A DNA stretch of 24,000 bases from Oscillospiraceae bacterium (GCA_963678505.2 CAXXFP010000010.1:78775-102774); one strand, 5' to 3'; counted from the first letter of the stretch, positions 10,141 through 15,917 are shown. Notes: generated by a model from the letters alone, not told the origin. Numbers and translations: made by a program.

Positions 10141-10586
10141 CACTTACCTTGATGCATTCCGGTCATCTCGGGCAGATGGCCGCACTCGAGCAGGTCTGCT
10201 TTTCCTGCCCGTGGAGCAAAACCATGCTCGCAGGCGAGCTTGAAAATCCGCATGCGCGCTATATCGTCGCCGAGGACGGCGGCGAAGTGCTTGGGTACAT
10301 GGGCATGTATATCGTGGAGGATCAGGGCTTTGTCTCCAACATCGCCGTGTCGCCCCATGTGCGCCGGCAGGGGATTGCGTCTGAGCTGATGCGCGAACAG
10401 ATTTGTTATGCGTGTGATAACGGCGTCAGGGAGATCATGCTTGAGGTCAGGGCGTCAAACACATCGGCCATAGAGCTGTATAAACGCTTTGGCTTTTTTT
10501 GTGCGGGCATGCGTCCGCGCTACTATGAGCGTCCCACGGAGGACGCGATATTGATGAATCTTGAAGTGACAGAGGCGGAACAATGA
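10137..10586 (+). CDS. rimI: Ribosomal-protein-alanine N-acetyltransferase (GNAT)
   Basis: GNAT acetyl-CoA motif (VSPHVRRQGIASELM). Sits immediately upstream of tsaD with overlapping start and stop codons on both sides. Confidence 0.8.
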   Translation: MTLTLMHSGHLGQMAALEQVCFSCPWSKTMLAGELENPHARYIVAEDGGEVLGYMGMYIVEDQGFVSNIAVSPHVRRQGIASELMREQICYACDNGVREIMLEVRASNTSAIELYKRFGFFCAGMRPRYYERPTEDAILMNLEVTEAEQ

Positions 10587-11599
10587 ACATTTTAGCCATA
10601 GAAAGCTCCTGCGACGAAACGGCGGCGTCGGTCGTGCGTGACGGCAGGACGGTGCTGTCGGACGTTGTGCTGTCCCAGGCGGATATGCACGCGGTATATG
10701 GCGGAGTCGTGCCGGAAATTGCCTCGCGCAGGCATATCGAGGCGGTTGCGGGGCTGGCGGACGAGGCGCTCAGCCGGGCTGGGATCACAAAAAGCGAGGT
10801 TGACGCCATTGCCGTGACCTATGCCCCGGGCTTGATCGGCGCGCTGCTTGTCGGCGTGAACTTTGCCAAGGCCGCGGCGTATGCCTTAAACGTGCCGCTT
10901 ATCCCCGTGCATCATCTGCGCGGGCATATCGCGGCAAATTATCTCGCGTTTCCGGAGCTTGAGCCGCCGTTTATGTGTCTGGTGGTTTCCGGAGGGCACA
11001 GCCTGATTGTGGATGTGCGCGGATATACGGATATGGAAATCATCGGCTCGACGCGCGACGACGCGGCAGGCGAGGTTTTTGACAAGGTGGCAAGGGCGCT
11101 CGGGCTCGGATATCCGGGCGGCGCCGCCATCGACCAGCTTGCCGCACAGGGCGATGAAAGCAAGTACGCGCTGCCGCGCGCAAAAGTGGAGAGCTGCCCG
11201 TATGACATGTCGTTTTCCGGCCTGAAAACGGCGGCGCTCAACATCATAAACAAAGCGAACATGACGGACACACAGGTCGATGCAAACGCGCTGGCGGCTT
11301 CGTTTTCGGCTGCGGTGAGCGATGCGCTGATCCCGCGCGCCGTATCCGCGGCGCTTGAGAGCGGACGTACGCGCCTTGCCGCGGCCGGCGGCGTGGCGGC
11401 CAATTCGCGCATACGGCGCGATCTGGCCAACATGTGCAAAACACATGGGCTTACGCTGTATGTCCCGCCTGCGGGCCTGTGCGGGGACAACGCCGCGATG
11501 ATCGGTGCGCAGGGCTATTACGAATACCTTGCCGGGCATGTGTCGGGAATGGACCTAAACGCATTCGCAACGAGGGAGATATCGGCCGGAGCGGTGTGA
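10583..11599 (+). CDS. tsaD: tRNA N6-adenosine threonylcarbamoyltransferase
   Basis: Kae1/TsaD signature N-terminus MNILAIESSCDETAASVV and metal-binding HHLRGH. Confidence 0.95.
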   Translation: MNILAIESSCDETAASVVRDGRTVLSDVVLSQADMHAVYGGVVPEIASRRHIEAVAGLADEALSRAGITKSEVDAIAVTYAPGLIGALLVGVNFAKAAAYALNVPLIPVHHLRGHIAANYLAFPELEPPFMCLVVSGGHSLIVDVRGYTDMEIIGSTRDDAAGEVFDKVARALGLGYPGGAAIDQLAAQGDESKYALPRAKVESCPYDMSFSGLKTAALNIINKANMTDTQVDANALAASFSAAVSDALIPRAVSAALESGRTRLAAAGGVAANSRIRRDLANMCKTHGLTLYVPPAGLCGDNAAMIGAQGYYEYLAGHVSGMDLNAFATREISAGAV

Positions 11600-12276
11600 G
11601 CCCGGCCTCGGGTGGAAATGTGCAGTCCCCGAAAAACTCTGTTTTTCTTATGTCCGCCGCAGGCAGTGCCGAAAGAGCCTGTCAAAACCGGCCAACGTGA
11701 AAATTGGCTTCCAGCGGGGGTAAGATACAAAGGCATGTGGAGTGTTTAGACCCTTCGGATATGAAATTTCTCTGTTTTTTTTGCTTCTCATCGGTGCGGC
11801 GCGGTCTTTAAAAAAGGGACGGCGCGCGCAGCGATTATTTTTATGTGCCGCGTCTGCAAAATGAGTGGGAAACCGGAACGATTCTAACAATTATGTAAAC
11901 TCAAAATGGACCTGCTTAAGCTGCCAATATGCGAATGCAGGTTTTGAAAAAAGGCGGTCAATATAGGGTATAAGCGTTGAGCGGCAATGGATACGTGCCT
12001 GTTGATAAACCTGTGGACAATGTGCATAACTCTTTGTAATCGATTGTTATTATTCTACTTACGTAAACTAAAAAGGCAGTTTTTGGGTTGCGACGTTTGG
12101 TTAAATACGTGTTTTTACAGGCTTAAGAATCATATAAAATGCAGGAGCGTCTATGCTTTTTTACACAGTATAAAAGGGAGAGGGGTGGAGGATGACCGGT
12201 ATAATACAAATTGTATATGGGAGCTGGCTGCCCCCGGAAAAGGCGCAGTGTAATCAGGCATTTTTTGTTGCCACGG

Positions 12277-12305
12277 TTGACTAAGCGCTGCGAATATGGT
12301 ATCAT
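12277..12305 (+). promoter_or_regulatory. Candidate mscL promoter
   Basis: TTGACT (12277-12282), 17-nt spacer ending in TGg (extended -10), TATCAT (12300-12305). Confidence 0.55.
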
Positions 12306-12375
12306 GTCCACGTTGCAGCGGCTTTTACGAGCTGCAAGGAAGCAGGTAAAGTCCTGCCGACTGGAGAGACTGCAT

Positions 12376-12834
12376 ATGAAGCTGATTAAAGAGTTCAGGG
12401 AGTTTATTTTTAAAGGCAATGTACTTGACCTCGCTGTGGCCGTTATCATCGGCGGCGCGTTCGGGAAAATAGTCAGCTCCATTGTCAGCGATATTTTTAT
12501 GCCGCTGATTGGTTTGCTTCTTGGCGGTATCAGCTTCGACAATCTTTTTTGGGCGGTTGACGGACACGCGTATGACTCAGCGGCCGCGGCGGCGCAGGCC
12601 GGTATTGGCGTTGTGAATATCGGTTTGTTTTTGAAGAATACGGTTGATTTTTTCATTATCGCATTGGTTATTTTCGTTTTTATCAAGATGCTTTCTCCGC
12701 TGAAGAAAAAGAAGGAAGCTTCCATAGCTCCGGTTGCACGCCTTTGCCCATACTGCAGAAAAGAAGTCGATCCCGCCGCGACCAGATGCCCGCACTGCAC
12801 GTCCTCACTGGATGCCGACGTACAGGTAAAATGA
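12376..12834 (+). CDS. mscL: Large-conductance mechanosensitive channel MscL with C-terminal CxxC...CxxC tail
   Basis: MKLIKEFREFIFKGNVLDLAVAVIIGGAFGKIVSS is the canonical MscL N-terminus and TM1. GGAGAG 7 nt upstream of ATG 12376. The longer ORF from 12211 is rejected. Confidence 0.9.
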   Translation: MKLIKEFREFIFKGNVLDLAVAVIIGGAFGKIVSSIVSDIFMPLIGLLLGGISFDNLFWAVDGHAYDSAAAAAQAGIGVVNIGLFLKNTVDFFIIALVIFVFIKMLSPLKKKKEASIAPVARLCPYCRKEVDPAATRCPHCTSSLDADVQVK

Positions 12835-12909
12835 TTACATACACGCAGCAAGCCGTTTTGGGCGTGAGAGCGCCGAGCACATTGCGGTGGCCGCGGTTTG
12901 TATAAATAC

Positions 12910-12985
12910 GCTGGTGTAGCTCAGCCGGTAGAGCAGCTGATTCGTAATCAGCAGGTCGAGTGTTCGAGTCACTTCACCAGCTCCA
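12910..12985 (+). tRNA. tRNA-Thr (anticodon CGU)
   Basis: Hand-folded cloverleaf. Acceptor GCTGGTG/CACCAGC, D arm GCTC..GAGC, anticodon stem GCTGA/TCAGC with loop TTCGTAA, T arm GAGTG-TTCGAGT-CACTT, encoded CCA. Confidence 0.9.
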
Positions 12986-12991
12986 TAATTT
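12937..12991. repeat. attL-like copy of the 55-bp direct repeat (3' part of tRNA-Thr plus 6 nt)
   Basis: Exact 55-nt identity with 14515-14569, compared by eye base by base. Confidence 0.85.
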
Positions 12992-12994
12992 TAA

Positions 12995-13027
12995 ATCCCT
13001 GTAACCACAATGGTTACAGGGATTTTT
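12995..13027 (+). terminator. Intrinsic terminator after tRNA-Thr (element-borne)
   Basis: 12-bp stem ATCCCTGTAACC/GGTTACAGGGAT, 5-nt loop, then TTTT. Confidence 0.7.
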
Positions 13028-13034
13028 GCTGCTA

Positions 13035-13442
13035 TTATACACATGGAAATAACCAGGACAAAATTGTCGGTTGGGGTTTATTCGGGGATTGCCCCCCATT
13101 AAAATAGACGAAAATACATAAAAGGTCAGACAGAATGTCCTGCCATTGCTTATATTCCAGCAGGAGCAGGAATGCCGACCGGGACAGCCGGAGGGGCCGG
13201 TTGGATGTGGAGGTCTTGGGTGTGTCCACATACACCCCTTTGCCGGGGAGGTAATTGGAGGTTTGGGAAATCATTATGGTCTGTTCCTAAAAATCCACGT
13301 CCTGCCACCGCAGCCCGGCCAGCTCACCACGGTGCAAGCCAGATAGCAAGTCAAAGGTCAGTATAACCCTCCACTTTATCGGCTCATCCCGTAGCAGCTC
13401 CAGCAAGCGCCGGGCATCCGGCTCATCGAGATAAAAGTCTGT
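13035..13442 (-). pseudogene. Tyrosine recombinase (phage integrase family) fragment, truncated at both ends with an in-frame stop
   Basis: Minus-strand translation: TDFYLDEPDARRLLELLRDEPIKWRVILTFDLLSGLHRGELAGLRWQDVDF*EQTIMISQTSNYLPGKGVYVDTPKTSTSNRPLRLSRSAFLLLLEYKQWQ... It shows the integrase hallmarks (TGLRRGEL-like box with catalytic Arg, W.DVDF, PKT..S.R.). In-frame TAG at 13287-13289, no start codon, and the HxxR and Tyr catalytic region is absent. Confidence 0.75.
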
Positions 13443-13460
13443 TCAATAAATAAGGAAGTG

Positions 13461-13489
13461 TTGCAGATTTTTACGGTTAAGCATATAAT
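13461..13489 (+). promoter_or_regulatory. Candidate promoter P1 of the island cassette
   Basis: TTGCAG (13461-13466), 17-nt spacer, TATAAT (13484-13489). Confidence 0.5.
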
Positions 13490-13549
13490 AGATAACAAGA
13501 AGAGCCTATTAAAAGATATAAAAATGTGCAGATTTGTCTATTATTTTCG

Positions 13550-13578
13550 TTGACATATTTTCATCAAAAGAGTAATAT
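13550..13578 (+). promoter_or_regulatory. Candidate promoter P2 of the island cassette
   Basis: TTGACA (13550-13555), 17-nt spacer, TAATAT (13573-13578), overlapping TATAAT at 13576-13581. Confidence 0.6.
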
Positions 13579-13584
13579 AATAGT

Positions 13585-13766
13585 ATAGGTGGGCAACATT
13601 GAGTGTCTACCCAAGCGTTGAAGTAGGAGGGCGCGCCGAAATGCGTTGGCCTATGGAGCTTTCGGGAGGGGTTTGTGTAAGAACCTCAAATCGGCTTAGG
13701 CAGAAATGCCGAAAGAAAATGCACCATAAAGGCTCTGCTTTAAAGCAGAGCCTTTATGCTATTTGT
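13585..13766 (+). ncRNA. Candidate structured RNA or leader between P2 and the 190-aa ORF (unclassified)
   Basis: Locally GC-rich segment in an AT-rich island. Hand-folded hairpins at 13590-13613, 13632-13645, 13666-13687 and 13699-13710 (GGCA-GAAA-UGCC tetraloop). Ends in terminator hairpin 13725-13758. Motif GAAA(A)UGC occurs three times. Confidence 0.4.
13725..13766 (+). terminator. Strong hairpin (15-bp perfect stem) with a weak U tail, immediately upstream of the ORF's RBS
   Basis: CATAAAGGCTCTGCT/AGCAGAGCCTTTATG with a 4-nt loop, followed by CUAUUUGU. Lies 23 nt upstream of ATG 13782. Confidence 0.6.
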
Positions 13767-13781
13767 AGGTAGAGGTAAGAA

Positions 13782-14354
13782 ATGGACAAACTAAAAGAAT
13801 GCGCAGAGGCATACGAAAAACTACTAGGTGTCGAGTACCATATTCAAGTTGGAAGAAAAGAAAAACTGTATTCCATCAATCTTTCCTTTAAAAAAGAAAA
13901 TTTTGTCCACCTTACGGGATTACATAAGTTAAAAGACCTGGGTATCCATACAATAAAAAGAGAATATGTTTTTGATGATATCATGAATGGTCAAATAACT
14001 GTTGAAGATATTATGCGCAGCTCATTCTATCCCGAAATGCAACCAAGGTTGGAACCGTTTATTCAGATTGAGAGCCTATTAGATAGCAACAATAATGTTT
14101 TCTTATACAGTGAAAAGCGTAACAATTTTTCGCTTATTAAGGCTGAATACGTTTTAAAAAATGAATTCGAAAATAATGTTGTTTATATTTTTCTTGACAA
14201 GAATGAGCGTGAACCTGGCCACTTCTGCCGGACTTTTTTCCCAAAATCAAAACAGGACTATACAATAAACCAGGCAAGATGCGCGCTATTATATAAAGAA
14301 AAAATTGACATAAATACTAACACTAAAACTATACAATTCAACAGGCTGGCATGA
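13782..14354 (+). CDS. Hypothetical protein, possible PBECR4/BECR-fold nuclease-like toxin (family assignment from memory, unverified)
   Basis: 190-aa ORF with AGAGGT 6 nt upstream. Low GC and Lys/Asn/Ile-rich composition, unlike the host genes. Motifs FVHLTGLHKLKD, CRTFFP and ALLYKEKI resemble what I recall of PBECR4-annotated Firmicutes proteins. Confidence 0.75.
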   Translation: MDKLKECAEAYEKLLGVEYHIQVGRKEKLYSINLSFKKENFVHLTGLHKLKDLGIHTIKREYVFDDIMNGQITVEDIMRSSFYPEMQPRLEPFIQIESLLDSNNNVFLYSEKRNNFSLIKAEYVLKNEFENNVVYIFLDKNEREPGHFCRTFFPKSKQDYTINQARCALLYKEKIDINTNTKTIQFNRLA

Positions 14355-14514
14355 TTAATGCCCATAAATGAGGACTGGTTCTGGGGTTTATTTGGGGTTT
14401 GTTTGGGCAAAAATGGGCAGTTGAGCGTCAGCGGCAACGAAAAATGAAAACCCGAAAAGCCGCATTATACAAGGCTTTGCTGGCATAGGCGGATATGTGA
14501 AAAACATAGTTAGC

Positions 14515-14569
14515 CTGATTCGTAATCAGCAGGTCGAGTGTTCGAGTCACTTCACCAGCTCCATAATTT
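14515..14569. repeat. attR-like copy of the 55-bp direct repeat (displaced tRNA-Thr 3' end)
   Basis: Exact identity to 12937-12991. No tRNA 5' half upstream of it, so it is not a second tRNA gene. Confidence 0.85.
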
Positions 14570-14572
14570 AAA

Positions 14573-14616
14573 AGCCTTGCAATGCCTGAAAACATAGGTG
14601 GCGCAAGGCTTTTTTC
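14573..14616 (+). terminator. Intrinsic terminator after the displaced tRNA 3' end (probably the original tRNA-Thr terminator)
   Basis: Stem AGCCTTGC/GCAAGGCT with a 22-nt loop, followed by TTTTTT. Confidence 0.6.
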
Positions 14617-14684
14617 ATTTTTTGGGCGGTATCAAGGCGGCACCTATAAAGGGGAAAAAAGCGCAAAAAACACATAAAAAGTAG

Positions 14685-14720
14685 GTGGCAAACGCGTGGC
14701 AACGTGGCAAACGCGTGGCA
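14685..14720. repeat. Four phased GTGGCA(A) repeats (GTGGCAAACGC GTGGCAAC GTGGCAAACGC GTGGCAGA)
   Basis: Direct reading. GTGGCA starts at 14685, 14696, 14704 and 14715 (spacing 11/8/11). Confidence 0.6.
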
Positions 14721-14731
14721 GATTTTCGCAG

Positions 14732-14758
14732 CAAAAAGCCCGCCTTAATCGGCGGGCT
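14732..14758 (-). terminator. Intrinsic terminator of the minus-strand HD gene
   Basis: Stem AGCCCGCC/GGCGGGCT with a 6-nt loop. On the minus strand it is followed by TTTTT. Lies 73 nt downstream of the stop at 14831. Confidence 0.65.
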
Positions 14759-14830
14759 GTCTTATTATCTCACGATATGCACATGCTGTCGCAGCGCCTG
14801 CTCGATAGCCTTTTGCCGGATGCCGATCTA

Positions 14831-15430
14831 TCAGCTTTTTGTTTTTTGAAGGAATATCTGGATATTGAGCTGCTCTTTAGCTATGTCTGCTCCCGACCGG
14901 CCTATCCTGTCGCACAGACCCAGCAGCGCGACCTCATGAACGCTTGTTTGCCTTTTCATTGACTGAATATCGGCAAAAGGCAGCGATTTATTCACAAACA
15001 GGATCTGCATATGCCATCTGACCAGCGAGGAAACCTGACGAATAAACTCAGCATCGCAGTCAAATTCGCTTAAAAACTGCGCGGACAGCTCGGCGCCAAG
15101 CTTTTCATGGTTATACGATGTTATTCTTTCTTTATGGTTTCTTGTCGTGCCGGGTTTGCCGATATCATGAAGCAGCGCAGCCCACATGAAGACCTGCACG
15201 TTTTCGCTTTGATCCTTCATCTGCGCAGCGGCGTCGAGCACAAGCAGGGTATGATTCCAGACGCTGCCCTCCGGATGATATTTCGGAGACTGCAGCGTCT
15301 GTTTTAACCGCATCAGCATCAAAAAAGGATACTCCCGGAACCAAGGCTCCTCCGCTGATCCGGTCAGGAATACGGACGGCTTGGCATCCCCCATTAAATG
15401 GCGGTTTAATTCTTCAAATAGAGCCTGCAC
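14831..15430 (-). CDS. HD-domain phosphohydrolase (similar to the HD domain of CCA-adding enzymes)
   Basis: LQSPKYHPEGSVWNHTLLVLD plus LLHDIGK are HD-superfamily metal-binding motifs. GTG start with a weak RBS, possibly coupled to the upstream small ORF. Confidence 0.8.
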   Translation of the reverse strand: MQALFEELNRHLMGDAKPSVFLTGSAEEPWFREYPFLMLMRLKQTLQSPKYHPEGSVWNHTLLVLDAAAQMKDQSENVQVFMWAALLHDIGKPGTTRNHKERITSYNHEKLGAELSAQFLSEFDCDAEFIRQVSSLVRWHMQILFVNKSLPFADIQSMKRQTSVHEVALLGLCDRIGRSGADIAKEQLNIQIFLQKTKS

Positions 15431-15432
15431 CG

Positions 15433-15576
15433 TTACTTTTTTATCTGATTGATCGTGTTTAAACCGAATTCGGCTCTCGCGCTTTCAGCCTGAGGATCAT
15501 GCTTGATATGCTTGGAATGAAATTCTCCGTCTGTTTTTTTCCCGTTTTTTGTGCTTTTTCTTCTATTTGGGCTCAT
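15433..15576 (-). CDS. Small basic His/Lys-rich hypothetical protein (47 aa)
   Basis: My own translation: MSPNRRKSTKNGKKTDGEFHSKHIKHDPQAESARAEFGLNTINQIKK. AAGGGAG 7 nt upstream of ATG. Stop is 2 nt before the HD gene's GTG. Below the ORF-track length cutoff. Confidence 0.35.
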   Translation of the reverse strand: MSPNRRKSTKNGKKTDGEFHSKHIKHDPQAESARAEFGLNTINQIKK

Positions 15577-15601
15577 TGTTTTACTCCCTTATAAATAATG
15601 T

Positions 15602-15632
15602 CTGCGCAATAAATCACGGATTTATTGCGCAG
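15602..15632 (-). terminator. Perfect 13-bp hairpin between the HMA-like gene and the downstream small ORF (attenuator or terminator)
   Basis: CTGCGCAATAAAT/ATTTATTGCGCAG with a 5-nt loop. The minus-strand tail ACAUUAUUUAU is only moderately U-rich. Confidence 0.45.
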
Positions 15633-15707
15633 CAAAAGGCGCTTAACCGATTACCGATGTTCCGCGGGCAACGAAACAATAAAGTGAGCGTACGCAATGG
15701 CTGCCGT

Positions 15708-15917
15708 TTATTCGTAAACTATTTTAAATCCTGTGTTTTCAATACAGTTTTTTATTTCACTTTCCGTCGCGGGGGAATTATATTCGACCTTGATTGTGCC
15801 TTCCGCAGGATTAACGCCGACCTCATGAACGCCCTTTATCTTATCCAGCGCGTTTTTTACCTGTGTTTTGCATTCTTTATTCTGAATTCCTGTGACGCTG
15901 CACAGCACCGTATTCAT
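15708..15917 (-). CDS. Heavy-metal-associated (HMA/CopZ-like) domain protein with a degenerate metal-binding motif
   Basis: 69 aa with a beta-alpha-beta-beta-alpha-beta pattern that aligns to CopZ. The GMxCxxC site reads GIQNKEC, so the first Cys is missing. GGGGGA 6 nt upstream of ATG. Confidence 0.75.
   Translation of the reverse strand: MNTVLCSVTGIQNKECKTQVKNALDKIKGVHEVGVNPAEGTIKVEYNSPATESEIKNCIENTGFKIVYE

Larger units (their letters stand above)
12937..14569. mobile_element. Decayed tRNA-Thr-integrated genomic island (fossil integrative element)
   Basis: Flanked by exact 55-bp direct repeats derived from the tRNA 3' end. Interior is markedly AT-rich relative to the flanks. Contains a tyrosine-recombinase fragment and a foreign-looking cargo ORF. 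Confidence 0.7.

Noticed and set aside
9418-10358. Minus-strand ORFs of 241 and 176 aa across the polA end, the phosphatase and rimI
   Set aside because: They are antisense to three motif-supported + strand genes.
12123-12851. 242-aa minus-strand ORF and N-terminal extension of the mscL ORF (12211 start)
   Set aside because: The canonical MscL N-terminus with a good SD begins at 12376, and a promoter sits at 12277-12305 inside the supposed extension. The minus ORF is antisense.
13146-13366. + strand ORFs of 66 and 64 aa in the island
   Set aside because: They lie opposite the integrase fragment, whose minus-strand translation has clear family motifs.
13585-13724. Canonical type III antitoxin (tandem direct repeats) upstream of the 190-aa ORF
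   Set aside because: I looked for 30-45-nt tandem repeats. I found only a loose ~28-nt echo (GCGTTG...GGAG at 13615 and 13643) and short GAAAUGC motifs, which are not a ToxI/CptI-like array. The type III analogy is therefore architectural only.
14696-14962. 88-aa + strand ORF starting in the GTGGCA repeats
   Set aside because: It runs through a bidirectional terminator hairpin and antisense into the HD gene, with no RBS.
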